Shown: piece after piece, positions 7,733 through 17,785 of the stretch
Position numbering within the stretch: the stretch's first letter is position 1
How the letters are laid out: each line of letters opens with the position of its first letter
IMG/VR virus record: IMGVR_UViG_3300001528_000378
Span: 64,001-128,000 of that record
From: a virus
Lineage: Duplodnaviria > Caudoviricetes
Direction: 5' to 3' (one strand)
DNA length: 64,000 nt
Made by a program: the position numbers and the translations under genes
Notes under the pieces: generated by a model
What the model was told of the DNA's origin: nothing
Seen by the model: only the letters and a program-made list of their open reading frames with translations
Database searches by the model: none

Positions 7733-9969
7733 TTTTTGAATCTCTCCCAGTCTTTCTGTGATTTATAATTGCCAAGCGTGATATCACCAAACTCTTTACG
7801 AATTTTGTTTACTTGGGATAGGAACTCCTTTGATTTACTATCATCCATATAGACATTCTTCATAAGATATTCCACCATCTCTACCATTACAGGCTTACAA
7901 GTAGTAATAATTGCATTAGCTTCCTGGGCGGCGTCTTTTAATAACTCTGCTACACCTGTTTGTATACTCTCATCAAACACAGTTAAACTACTACCAGCAG
8001 ATAGTGAACTTTCAGAGGAGTTACTAGATACACCATTTCCACCAGAACCTCTGTACCCGAATTTTCTTGCTAGTGTTAGAGCTAATGAGGTAGCTTCTTG
8101 CAAATCCATATAGCACCCAGCAGATAATAATCTTTCACCAAATACAATGGATTCTGCCTCTCTACCACCCAAAGTCATAGAAATATTGGATAACATATAC
8201 TCGTGCAACATACCAATTTCTTGCTCCACTTCCTCTGGAATATGTGTACTCGTCCATGCACCTGCACTTGTAGATAAAGGAGCCATATCAATGGTGGGGG
8301 CGATACCTACCTTGTACATAAACACCAAAGCGTGTCCGGCTTCATGAATAGCAGCTCTTAATCTAAATCTTCCACCACAGTCCTCTTCCTTTTCGGATAC
8401 TTCCAACAAGAGTTTCTTTTTAATAATATTCTTACCAATAGTAGCTATTAATTCCTTTGACTTCTCATCAATAGTAAAATTAATAGACTTACCTATGTTA
8501 CACCCACAAATTTCATACACAATTCCACCTATCATACTATCTAATAATGACAGTAAGGGTCTGACACCCTGTGTCGGGAATACTCCATTTTTATACACCA
8601 CATTAGTAAACTCTTTGGAAAAGGTAGCAGTACATCCATACTGCTTTTTCACATTAGAGGTTATTTTATCAATATGGTCCTTAATAATTTGATTGTATGC
8701 TTTCTTGGTTAGAGTAGGATAAATCAAGTGAACCATACCCAGCCTAGAAATTTGTTCTGGACGCAAACTATCTAATAATACTTGCTTTAAATCATACCAT
8801 TTTAATTTGCTATTAACTTCGTGCACATAGTCCACATCTTTATAAGAGAACATAAAGTCTTTAGAATTTTTAAATAATGTGTCCTGATTACCTGCAATAA
8901 TAACAAGTAAGTTTTTGGCTTGCAAGGCATTATCGATATCCGTTCTCGCTAGAGTAATTGCTTGTTCTTTTACTTGTTTGATAAGACTTGCATAATTTCC
9001 CTTTTTAAGGGGTTTAAAAAACACCGACTTAAATGTCTTATGTAGCTTTTCTAACTCAAAATCCATATTAATTTTCATGGTCATATAAATGGAATTATCG
9101 TGAGAAATTTCGCACAAGTCTTTAATAAAAGCAAGCATATCTTCAACAGAATAATTTTCATTCCAGTAATGATCATTAACTTGAAACTCAAACATGTTGT
9201 CAATGCTTCCAGTGCTAGATTCAGGATACGCAGAGCGAATAATATAATTGTCATTTTCATTATAAGTATCCATACGGCCCCTCCATAACTTCATTTGGGT
9301 ATACTTCTCTACACCATATACTTGTTCTGCATCTTTAGTCATAAAGGTATCTAATGCCGTAGTGAACTGTCTGTGCATCATAGTCCATAAATCAAAAGCA
9401 GAACTAAACAATGAATCTATCTTTTTGAAGTATTCTTCACGAGTATAGAACCTGCCATCAGATAGTAGAGTCCATAAATCTTGATAGGGAGTGTCCTTAA
9501 TACTGACACCATCCTTATCAATAGTCTGCATATTTTGAAATTCATCAATAAAAATACATAGATTATTTCTTGCCGAATTAACTATGGAGGTCACCTGACC
9601 CAATACAGTATGTTGATACTTATTACTAGAACTTTCATTGGTCATAGTAATTTCAACAAGTTTATCAGATACACCTAGTTCTTGCATTAAAAGTCTAACC
9701 AAGGAAGTTTTACCTAAACCAGTCATAGACCACATATTAACAATGGTGGGTCTATTAGGTATGGTTGTACCTAAATACCATGAACTAATATTGTCAATAA
9801 GAGCATCTATCTGTTTATCAATACCACGATATGCCTTTTTAAGTTTATTCTTTACACTAATAAGGCGTTTCTGCTTTTCTTCATTTGTTAAGTGTGGAGC
9901 AGGATTGGTTGACACACTACTCCCCTGTAATGTCACTTTCTGCTTCCCACATGCAATTCTCACTGGCAT
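7729..9969 (-). CDS. AAA+ ATPase fused to M41 (FtsH-type) zinc peptidase
   Basis: TGLGKT, IFIDEFQ, GVRPL; HEAGH, LGGREAE, GCYMDL; no transmembrane segment. Confidence 0.85.
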   Translation of the reverse strand: MPVRIACGKQKVTLQGSSVSTNPAPHLTNEEKQKRLISVKNKLKKAYRGIDKQIDALIDNISSWYLGTTIPNRPTIVNMWSMTGLGKTSLVRLLMQELGVSDKLVEITMTNESSSNKYQHTVLGQVTSIVNSARNNLCIFIDEFQNMQTIDKDGVSIKDTPYQDLWTLLSDGRFYTREEYFKKIDSLFSSAFDLWTMMHRQFTTALDTFMTKDAEQVYGVEKYTQMKLWRGRMDTYNENDNYIIRSAYPESSTGSIDNMFEFQVNDHYWNENYSVEDMLAFIKDLCEISHDNSIYMTMKINMDFELEKLHKTFKSVFFKPLKKGNYASLIKQVKEQAITLARTDIDNALQAKNLLVIIAGNQDTLFKNSKDFMFSYKDVDYVHEVNSKLKWYDLKQVLLDSLRPEQISRLGMVHLIYPTLTKKAYNQIIKDHIDKITSNVKKQYGCTATFSKEFTNVVYKNGVFPTQGVRPLLSLLDSMIGGIVYEICGCNIGKSINFTIDEKSKELIATIGKNIIKKKLLLEVSEKEEDCGGRFRLRAAIHEAGHALVFMYKVGIAPTIDMAPLSTSAGAWTSTHIPEEVEQEIGMLHEYMLSNISMTLGGREAESIVFGERLLSAGCYMDLQEATSLALTLARKFGYRGSGGNGVSSNSSESSLSAGSSLTVFDESIQTGVAELLKDAAQEANAIITTCKPVMVEMVEYLMKNVYMDDSKSKEFLSQVNKIRKEFGDITLGNYKSQKDWERFKK

Positions 9970-10211
9970 TTTTTAAACTCCTTTACAATTTGATTTTGTG
10001 CATTTAGCACACAAGTTGAAATTGACAAGCTTGTATAATCTGGGTCTACCTTTTTATAATAAGCAATCATACTGTTAAGAAGTTTTTTTGCTCTAGTTAC
10101 TGCTTCTTCTTTTAGCATAATCTGACAATATCTCTGCCTATAATAATCTTCCTGACTAGAAAAAATATTGTGTACGTAATACATTACTCTATAAGGTCCT
10201 TGATATGCCAT
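9960..10211 (-). CDS. hypothetical protein
   Basis: ORF with AGGAG RBS behind promoter. Confidence 0.65.
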   Translation of the reverse strand: MAYQGPYRVMYYVHNIFSSQEDYYRQRYCQIMLKEEAVTRAKKLLNSMIAYYKKVDPDYTSLSISTCVLNAQNQIVKEFKKCQ

Positions 10212-10237
10212 GTTGTATCTCCTGTATAGTTTTAATA

Positions 10238-10266
10238 ATTATACCATATAATTATTTATTTGTCAA
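10238..10266 (-). promoter_or_regulatory. sigma70-type promoter
   Basis: TTGACA-17-TATAAT. Confidence 0.8.
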
Positions 10267-11523
10267 GCCCTCCCATAAAGGGTGTTTTTTAACCATATCG
10301 TTAACAATATCAGTATAATATGTGTCCTCTTTCATATTGCCAAGTACAACATCTGCAATAATGTTTGCTAACACTTTGCAATCACTCTCATTAAAACCAC
10401 GAGTAGTAACAGCTGCCGTTCCAATTCTAAGACCAGAAGTTTCACTCTTAGGTCTTTTATCAAAAGGAACTGCATTTTTATTTGTAATAATACCCAAAGA
10501 AGTAAGTTTATCTTCCACTTCCTTACCACTCTTATTGTATCTTTTTAAATCCAGTAGAATCAAATGATTATCTGAACCACCAGATACCATATCAATTCCA
10601 CGGGAATTAAATACTTCCACCATCGCCCTAACATTGCTAAGTACATTTCTAATATAATCTCTAAACTGAGGTCTTAATACCTCATCCATAGCAATACCTA
10701 CAGCAGAAATCATGTTCTGTAATGGGCCCCCATTTAAACCGGGGAATACAGATTTGTCAACCAATTTTGCCATCTCTTCATCATTTGTGGTAATAATTGC
10801 ATGCCTAGCCCCTCTAAGTGTTTTATGTGTGGTAGAAGTTATAATTACATGTGCTTTTCCCCAGTCATAATCTAATGGATGCTGATGCTCCCCAACCGCA
10901 ATAAGACCCGCTATATGAGATATATCACACAAGACAATAATATTTTTATTAGAAGTCTTAACTATACTAGAAATCATGTCATATCTCAGTTCCCTAGGAT
11001 ATGCACTGAACCCAATAACAAGAACCACAGGACCTGCGACTTTATCAAGGGAGTTCTTGAGTTCACTATAATTGAATAATCCATTATCAGATTCAAAGGT
11101 ATATGTATTAAACCAACTTCCTGTAATTGATGCTATAGACCCATGCGTTAGGTGTGCACCTGAATTTAGTGAGTGTGATATAATAGTTAAGTCGGTAGGT
11201 TTACACTTAAAATACTTGGTTGCTGCAAGATATACTGCTAAATTAGCAGATGATCCACTGTGCGATTGAACATTGCTATACTTGGTATTAAACACCTTAC
11301 AAACTAATTCCCTAGTAATACTCTCTATTTTATCAACTATTTCACACCCACCATAATATCTTCTACCAGGATATCCCTCAGCATATTTATTTTGAATGCA
11401 ACTCCCACATGCTGCCAACACATCATCAGAAGCATAGTTTTCAGACGCAATTAATGAAATTTCATTATTCTGTCTTTCTTTTTCTTCATTTAATAATTTT
11501 TTAATGTAATGAGTATATGTCAT
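10252..11523 (-). CDS. glyA: serine hydroxymethyltransferase
   Basis: LIASEN, NKYAEGYPGRRYYGGCE, HLTHG, SHIAGL, TTHKTLRG, SGLRIGT. Confidence 0.97.
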   Translation of the reverse strand: MTYTHYIKKLLNEEKERQNNEISLIASENYASDDVLAACGSCIQNKYAEGYPGRRYYGGCEIVDKIESITRELVCKVFNTKYSNVQSHSGSSANLAVYLAATKYFKCKPTDLTIISHSLNSGAHLTHGSIASITGSWFNTYTFESDNGLFNYSELKNSLDKVAGPVVLVIGFSAYPRELRYDMISSIVKTSNKNIIVLCDISHIAGLIAVGEHQHPLDYDWGKAHVIITSTTHKTLRGARHAIITTNDEEMAKLVDKSVFPGLNGGPLQNMISAVGIAMDEVLRPQFRDYIRNVLSNVRAMVEVFNSRGIDMVSGGSDNHLILLDLKRYNKSGKEVEDKLTSLGIITNKNAVPFDKRPKSETSGLRIGTAAVTTRGFNESDCKVLANIIADVVLGNMKEDTYYTDIVNDMVKKHPLWEGLTNK

Positions 11524-11608
11524 TTATTTCTCCAATTCAAACTTTAAAGTATTATTTTTTACATCAGTATTCAACTTTAGGCTTCTTTAATTGTGTTACC
11601 TTTGTCTC

Positions 11609-12394
11609 TCATAGACTAATCCTCTTATTAAAATTATAAATATTAATTAATGATTTAAATACTTCAAAGTATTGTAGCATTTGTTCCCTACCAAAGTCAA
11701 TAACTTCATAGTAAGGGTGTGCTTTGTCAAATCTTACTAGATATACATGCTCAATAGGCCCTGGTAAGTTATATTCTTTGGCTCTCTCTTCCAGTGCCAC
11801 CCAGTAGGCGGATAACTGCAATAAATATTTGGAGTGTAAATGACCTGTAGTCTTCCAATCTAGAATATATACCTTCCCATCTTTAATCGCAATATAATCT
11901 ATACAGCCAGCATAATTATATACATTGGACCAAATTAAACACTCAGCTTTAAATGTAGTGTTAGGACCTAAATTCCAGTCATTTACAAACTTAATCATAG
12001 ACTGCCTACAAATAGAAGTATCTGCATAAGGATGTTTGGGAACGTCTTTCATAACACCTGTAGTAAGATACACTTCCAAAAACTCGTGCAACAGAGTTCC
12101 AAACTCCGCAGACTGTTTTGTTATTCTATCTGAGGCGTCATATGAATAATCCCACAGTTCTAATATATTATTCCACCCAGTAGGAAGTGTGTCAGTTTTA
12201 TTATCTATATCAGAAATACCTAACTCAAAGGCCTTTTTTCTTTGTTTTTTCTTCCATCCCTCTAAAATATCATTTCCAAAATTAGCCATAGCCAATATGT
12301 TAGATACACGAGCAAAACTACCAACACCCTTAATATCATATCCAGTAGGTGTGGAGACATATTGAGGTATTAAACTATTATTTATTTGTTCCAT
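11609..12394 (-). CDS. PD-(D/E)XK exonuclease (Cas4/lambda-exo-like)
   Basis: GTLLH..E, YAGCIDY, ILDWKT, QLSAY. Confidence 0.85.
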   Translation of the reverse strand: MEQINNSLIPQYVSTPTGYDIKGVGSFARVSNILAMANFGNDILEGWKKKQRKKAFELGISDIDNKTDTLPTGWNNILELWDYSYDASDRITKQSAEFGTLLHEFLEVYLTTGVMKDVPKHPYADTSICRQSMIKFVNDWNLGPNTTFKAECLIWSNVYNYAGCIDYIAIKDGKVYILDWKTTGHLHSKYLLQLSAYWVALEERAKEYNLPGPIEHVYLVRFDKAHPYYEVIDFGREQMLQYFEVFKSLINIYNFNKRISL

Positions 12395-12732
12395 ACAAAT
12401 TTCCAGTCATCAGTCTCTTTATACTTGTCAAACTGTTTCTGTGTTAAAAAGTCATACTGATCCCCATTAACTTCAACAGTTGGAGATACCTTAAATACAA
12501 TTAACCTATTATACATAACGGACAAATAAAAAGACATACTCTGTTCAATAGAGTAGCATAGTTTATTTGCTTCTTCATTTTCAGTATCAATATCTAATAC
12601 GTGCATCACAACACACTGCACATTAGACTTTTTCTTTTTTTCATATTTATCTATTGATACTTTTAATTTCATTAATTCTGTATAAACTGTTTCTTCAACT
12701 AGCATATTACCTTTTCCATTTTGGGAGTTCAA
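12382..12732 (-). CDS. hypothetical protein
   Basis: ORF in operon. Confidence 0.6.
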   Translation of the reverse strand: MNSQNGKGNMLVEETVYTELMKLKVSIDKYEKKKKSNVQCVVMHVLDIDTENEEANKLCYSIEQSMSFYLSVMYNRLIVFKVSPTVEVNGDQYDFLTQKQFDKYKETDDWKFVWNK

Positions 12733-13387
12733 TGTGTTTAACCATTTCAGACGAAGTATGATTTTTCAAATACTCATCCGGGTCACCTGATATATTCAGC
12801 CTATAAATATTTACCTTATTCTTGTATGTTTTCCAAACCTCATGTATAGATTTAATTCCTGCTCTATCCCCATCTAAACACATGATAATATTATCTGTTA
12901 ATGAAGATAGAATTGCAAAATGATACTGTGAAAAATTAGTACCTAGAATAGATACCGTATTTGGTAATCCTTTTGAAGCACAGGCTACACAATCATAGGC
13001 ACCCTCTACAACAATAACTCTATTTAATTTTGCAATATGTTTATACGCTTTGTCAATACCAAATATACAAGTTGGCTTTGAAACATTTTCAACTAAATAG
13101 GAGTCGTGCTTCTGTTCATTGAATACTCTTATAGATAACCCCTGGAATACACCTTCAATATCCAGTATGGGCATAAATATAGCCTCATAAATACCAGAGG
13201 ATCCATACTTTTCTTTCTTAAATTTACATAAGTGATACACACCCTTTTGTTTTATCCATGAGCACATATCATAGTTTGTAAATCTGCCCCCCTCTAACAA
13301 TAAGCCACCAAAATAGTTTATCTGATCATAGGTCAAACCCTTGGAATCTAAATAATTTTTAACCGTACCACTTGTAATGTGATTCAC
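12707..13387 (-). CDS. DnaG-like TOPRIM primase core
   Basis: VIVVEGAYDC, CLDGDRAG, DPDEY; no N-terminal zinc ribbon. Confidence 0.85.
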   Translation of the reverse strand: MNHITSGTVKNYLDSKGLTYDQINYFGGLLLEGGRFTNYDMCSWIKQKGVYHLCKFKKEKYGSSGIYEAIFMPILDIEGVFQGLSIRVFNEQKHDSYLVENVSKPTCIFGIDKAYKHIAKLNRVIVVEGAYDCVACASKGLPNTVSILGTNFSQYHFAILSSLTDNIIMCLDGDRAGIKSIHEVWKTYKNKVNIYRLNISGDPDEYLKNHTSSEMVKHIELPKWKR

Positions 13388-13833
13388 AGCTTACTCCCCT
13401 CACGCCGTTTATAGGGCACTTTTTCAACCTCTACTCCATAAAGAAATCTCAATTTCTGTATAACTTTATGAAATCTTTTTGAAATAGCCATATGTGATAC
13501 ATTAAATCTAGGGCCAATCTTTCTAAAAGATTCACCTAAATAAACATGCTGGTATGCAATGATATAATCCACTGTATTCTTTCCACCAGATACTTTCTCA
13601 ATATCTGACCATAACCTATCCCTATAATAGGATTCTTCCTCTGTAAGAGATGGTGTGATAATCCGCTCTGCAAGAACCTCTATTAGATTCTCATCATCTA
13701 ATGATATGACAGGACTATAATTATTATATTTAATTGTATCAAAATCTTTTTTTGACTTATAGTCAGTAGAATTGAGTTCCATAATTTCTCCTAAAAAGCC
13801 AATGCCAAGTCTGCATATACTTGTTCTATGCAA
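13384..13833 (-). CDS. sigma70 region-4-like HTH protein
   Basis: GESFRKIGPRFNVSHMAISKRFHKVIQKLR; likely start at MELNS. Confidence 0.6.
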   Translation of the reverse strand: MHRTSICRLGIGFLGEIMELNSTDYKSKKDFDTIKYNNYSPVISLDDENLIEVLAERIITPSLTEEESYYRDRLWSDIEKVSGGKNTVDYIIAYQHVYLGESFRKIGPRFNVSHMAISKRFHKVIQKLRFLYGVEVEKVPYKRREGSKL

Positions 13834-14213
13834 TTAAACTTGGAGGATTCAAGTGTTTTCCCTCTTTTAAATACACCTGTCCAATAGTAGTGATCTCCAT
13901 CTTTTCTAATAAGAATAACTGCACCACCCTTACTCAGTACAGATATAACATTAGACGGAATATTTTTAACTTTAACAGCATCCGCAGAATTATCATTGGT
14001 TCTATTGTATAGGGCTACACAAGACCTAGAACAAAACTTTCTCTTCTGAAAATCGGATTCACTAAGACCATCATGGTACAACTGCCTACCACAAGTCAGA
14101 CACTTCTTCTCAGGATAGTATAACTCATCATATTTATGACTACACTTAACACTACAAAAATAATGATTAACAGTTTTACCACATACTAAGCATTTAGGCA
14201 TACTATACCTCAC
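13791..14213 (-). CDS. Cys-rich zinc-finger protein
   Basis: Two CxxC..FCSxxC repeats. Confidence 0.65.
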   Translation of the reverse strand: MRYSMPKCLVCGKTVNHYFCSVKCSHKYDELYYPEKKCLTCGRQLYHDGLSESDFQKRKFCSRSCVALYNRTNDNSADAVKVKNIPSNVISVLSKGGAVILIRKDGDHYYWTGVFKRGKTLESSKFNCIEQVYADLALAF

Positions 14214-14427
14214 GAATTTTTAACTTATAATAATAGTTGGGAATAAATTTAATTCTATATTTATTATTTACATTACCCTTTTCATCTCTGGACCAGACTT
14301 TAATTTTTCGTCCTTTGGTTTTGATTTTAACTTTATTATTTGTTTGTGCTTCAAAAATACAACCTTCTCTCAAAGCAAACATAATAGAAGTTCCATCTAT
14401 CAAATATTGTTTTTCTGCAATAATCAT
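14203..14427 (-). CDS. hypothetical protein
   Basis: ORF in operon. Confidence 0.55.
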   Translation of the reverse strand: MIIAEKQYLIDGTSIMFALREGCIFEAQTNNKVKIKTKGRKIKVWSRDEKGNVNNKYRIKFIPNYYYKLKIREV

Positions 14428-14434
14428 GATCCTC

Positions 14435-14911
14435 TCACTTTGTAATGTGCACTATTTTAACATCACACTTTTTATTAATTTTCAGACTTTCTTTCCTGTC
14501 AAACAAAAATATATCTATTCTTTTTGTAAACCGTTTATTCATAGTGTCATCTACAATAAACCACCTATCAAAGCAGTTCACATATATTAAATCCCCATAC
14601 GTTACATATGATAAGAAGTCTCTACTAACTGCCACCATACCCTCTCTAACAGGTCTATTTGAAGCAGTTACATTTGGGGTATCATCTGTCTGGTCGATGT
14701 CATTATTGTAGGAAGTAACTACAACATCTTTAATTACCCGTTCTGAGTATTCTGCTTTTGATAAGTCATACTTACTCTCAACCTGGATTATACTACTTGC
14801 ATTATTATCCTTTAATTCTATTTTTTCTGCTCTAGTATCGCTAAAACATACATATCCAAAGAGAAGTCCTGCTAATGCTACATATCCCATTAGTCCGGTT
14901 GTATTCGACAT
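14435..14911 (-). CDS. 3D-domain cell-wall lytic protein with N-terminal anchor
   Basis: VTSY..QTDDTPNVTAS..VAVSRD..VDDTM..RIDIF. Confidence 0.85.
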   Translation of the reverse strand: MSNTTGLMGYVALAGLLFGYVCFSDTRAEKIELKDNNASSIIQVESKYDLSKAEYSERVIKDVVVTSYNNDIDQTDDTPNVTASNRPVREGMVAVSRDFLSYVTYGDLIYVNCFDRWFIVDDTMNKRFTKRIDIFLFDRKESLKINKKCDVKIVHITK

Positions 14912-14969
14912 AAAATCCTCACGAAATAAAAATAGGAGTGGTGTGGATAACCACTCCCTAGATGGCAGA

Positions 14970-15329
14970 CTAAATAGCAGTAGAGGTATATACTACTCTA
15001 TCTGCATCATTGCAAGAATAATAGGTTTTACCACCATCAGCAGAGAATAATCTAGGATCATTGGTATTCTGCCACATACCATCAGAAATCTCACTCCACT
15101 CGTCAGTAGATGTAGTGGGAACATAATCCTGAACTTTAAACAATTCAGTTAACATTTCGATAACTTTTTTCTTAGATTCGTGGTTTTTAATCCGTTCTAA
15201 ATCACGAGCAAGGTTCATAACTGCATTTCCAACTTCAAACCGTTCTTCATCTTCGTCTAAATATCCCATGCTCAAAAGGATATCCCAGCATTCATTTGCA
15301 CTCATCATATTATTTAATCTCCTTAACAT
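14970..15329 (-). CDS. hypothetical phage protein
   Basis: DEWSEISDGMWQN..PRLFSADGGKTYY. Confidence 0.65.
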   Translation of the reverse strand: MLRRLNNMMSANECWDILLSMGYLDEDEERFEVGNAVMNLARDLERIKNHESKKKVIEMLTELFKVQDYVPTTSTDEWSEISDGMWQNTNDPRLFSADGGKTYYSCNDADRVVYTSTAI

Positions 15330-15627
15330 CTGCTTGTTTAATAATCTGTTCCTTCTTCCACTCTTGTGCTTCTTTTACAGAGAGCGTACCTGCTTTCTCT
15401 TCACCACGTTTGGTTCTTACAAAACCAATATGTTTAAAAGAAATAAATGATCCTTTGGGTACATCCACCTTATAAACAGTTCCGTCCCTGTCCTCAAACA
15501 TATAACCAATACCAAGAGCGGTACAAGTCTCTTCCAACTGTTTATCAAGTTCTTCATACTGCTTTTTAAGTTCATCTTTCTTAAAGGATAATTCAACTAA
15601 CTTCTGTTCTAATTCTTTCATAGTCAT
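15310..15627 (-). CDS. hypothetical protein
   Basis: ORF with GGAGAGG RBS. Confidence 0.7.
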   Translation of the reverse strand: MTMKELEQKLVELSFKKDELKKQYEELDKQLEETCTALGIGYMFEDRDGTVYKVDVPKGSFISFKHIGFVRTKRGEEKAGTLSVKEAQEWKKEQIIKQADVKEIK

Positions 15628-15681
15628 AACCTCTCCTTTTCTATTACTATACTAATATGATAGCATATTAATCTGATTTTG

Positions 15682-16161
15682 TCAAGGAGTTTTTAAACCA
15701 ATGGTGAAATTCTTATCTTTAGTTGCCTTATTCATAGCTTTTTCACATTCTTTCTTATTGGTGAAAACATCCCAATAATTTAAAGAATACCCTAGATTAT
15801 ATAGCCTTACCCAACGGCTACTACAACTTGAAACAATACCATTATCTAAGTATAGGTCACCATCATCCGGCTTTAAATCATATCGTTTCTTATGCTTATA
15901 AAACCATACTTTATCACCAATATTAAATTTTGTATTAGTCTTTTTAGACCTCACAAATACTCTACAGTCCTCTCTTGTCCTAAACAGGTTACTGCTAGTG
16001 TATGCTCTATTTTGGTTTTTTAGATAGTAAAATGACCACTGTCTATCAACAATGATATCTCTAACTACACCAAAGATAAATTTACCTTTTTCATAGCCAT
16101 ACCCAACTAACCATACTTTATCACCAATATCAAACATTATTGTTCCTCTTCTTCTCAACAA
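15682..16161 (-). CDS. hypothetical protein with internal duplication
   Basis: FDIGDKVW and FNIGDKVW repeats; likely start MFDIG. Confidence 0.65.
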   Translation of the reverse strand: MLRRRGTIMFDIGDKVWLVGYGYEKGKFIFGVVRDIIVDRQWSFYYLKNQNRAYTSSNLFRTREDCRVFVRSKKTNTKFNIGDKVWFYKHKKRYDLKPDDGDLYLDNGIVSSCSSRWVRLYNLGYSLNYWDVFTNKKECEKAMNKATKDKNFTIGLKTP

Positions 16162-16924
16162 CTTCTTTAATTCTATTAGAAGCTACATCAAAATACTTCT
16201 TATCTAATTCTATACCAATAAAATTTCTATTGGTGTTTACACAAGCAATACCAGTAGTACCGCTCCCCATACAGTTATCCAATACAGTATCATTCTCATT
16301 GGTGTATGTCTTGATTAAGTATTCTAACAAATCAACAGGTTTTTCGTTTGTATGCACTTTCTTATTTGCACACACTTCTGGAAAATTCGTCAATACATCA
16401 GTAGGATAATTTGTATATTCTCTTACAAATTCCTGTTTGTGTGAAGGTCTAACTCCAGCAACTGTACCAAATCTTCCCTTACCCGCTTTAATGGTTTTAT
16501 TACAGGGAACCAAACCTTGTGGGTTATAAGTCATTCTCTTATCACCCAACTGACTTGCATGACCCATAGAACCTTTGCTAAATACCAATAAGTCTTCACT
16601 CTTGGTCATTGGTCTATTCTTTGCGTGAACAAAGTTTGTAGAATTATGCTTCACCCAAACAATACGATACTTGTAATCTTCCAGGTTGGAACACATTACT
16701 CTAGGTGTAAACATACCATTTGCAAAGAAAATAGCCGTTCCATTGGGTGCAAGGATTCTATTATAACACTCCCATAGTTTATCCATAGGAATATACTTAT
16801 CCCAATTTGAAGCAGTAGTGCCATATGGTAAATCAACCAATACCAAATTAACACTATTATCCTGTATATTCTGTTCGTACATTACTTTCAAGCAGTCGTC
16901 ATTATATAATTTAATGCTAGGCAT
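16130..16924 (-). CDS. DNA N4/N6 methyltransferase (beta class)
   Basis: DLPYG, HTNEKP, VLDNCMGSGTTG, FIGIE. Confidence 0.92.
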   Translation of the reverse strand: MPSIKLYNDDCLKVMYEQNIQDNSVNLVLVDLPYGTTASNWDKYIPMDKLWECYNRILAPNGTAIFFANGMFTPRVMCSNLEDYKYRIVWVKHNSTNFVHAKNRPMTKSEDLLVFSKGSMGHASQLGDKRMTYNPQGLVPCNKTIKAGKGRFGTVAGVRPSHKQEFVREYTNYPTDVLTNFPEVCANKKVHTNEKPVDLLEYLIKTYTNENDTVLDNCMGSGTTGIACVNTNRNFIGIELDKKYFDVASNRIKEVVEKKRNNNV

Positions 16925-16933
16925 ATAACACCT

Positions 16934-17785
16934 CTATTGCAACGGATTAGGAATACCGATTAGGCTTACAAGTCCCCATTCCATAAACTTCTCAAAACCA
17001 CCAACTGCTTTAATGGCTTTCAATGAAACACTTACAATTTGGTTAAAGGGAGTGAGGACACCATTGATATTTACAAACTTATCCCCAATAGAACAAATGG
17101 CTTTCTGTTCCTTACCTTCCAACTGTGCTTTTAAGAAACAGTAGATGTTCACAGATACATCCGCTTTGGAGCAGTCCTTGCCCCCCATGTTCCCTCCACC
17201 AAGAGGAAGCTCAATTCCGTAGAAATCACTGGCCAATTTTCTACCAGTTACACCAGTATCCACATTTACACCACCAGTCCAACTTCCCAAAGGATTAATA
17301 AGCGTAGCATTTGGTACAAGTGCTTTAATGTCTTTATCTTCTGCATTAGACCAGCAAATAGTTAATTCTTTTGTATCCTCGTTTAATACAATTTTTCCAT
17401 CGGTGGGATACTTATTGTATAATTTATGACAAATGGAATAGGCTTCTTTATGGATATCTGGCATAATATAACCCGCAAACACACCATTATCGCCACATCT
17501 CAATTCCTTTTGGTTATTCGCAAGGTGAATATCCTGTGGTACTTCTACATAATTAAATGTATTTAACTTTACACCACTAATTCTTTCAGCCGTATCCTTA
17601 ACAAAATCTTTTGGAATAGACACAGAAGTTTCACCTGTGATAAAACAGGCATTATGCCCAATTAATACTTCAAAGGCACATTTTGGATTTTCTTGTTTAC
17701 TATAACAATAATCCACCAATGCACCAGAAACTCTGTCCGCCACCTTATCTGGATGGCTTGGTGACACTTTTTCTGTAATTTTCAT
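16934..17785 (-). CDS. metK: S-adenosylmethionine synthetase (compact)
   Basis: EKVSPSHPDKVADRVS, CGDNG, DTGVTGRK, GGGNMGGKDCSKAD. Confidence 0.88.
   Translation of the reverse strand: MKITEKVSPSHPDKVADRVSGALVDYCYSKQENPKCAFEVLIGHNACFITGETSVSIPKDFVKDTAERISGVKLNTFNYVEVPQDIHLANNQKELRCGDNGVFAGYIMPDIHKEAYSICHKLYNKYPTDGKIVLNEDTKELTICWSNAEDKDIKALVPNATLINPLGSWTGGVNVDTGVTGRKLASDFYGIELPLGGGNMGGKDCSKADVSVNIYCFLKAQLEGKEQKAICSIGDKFVNINGVLTPFNQIVSVSLKAIKAVGGFEKFMEWGLVSLIGIPNPLQ

Noticed and set aside
11609-12394. CRISPR adaptation Cas4
   Set aside because: No Fe-S cysteine set and no cas1/cas2; ordinary phage exonuclease context
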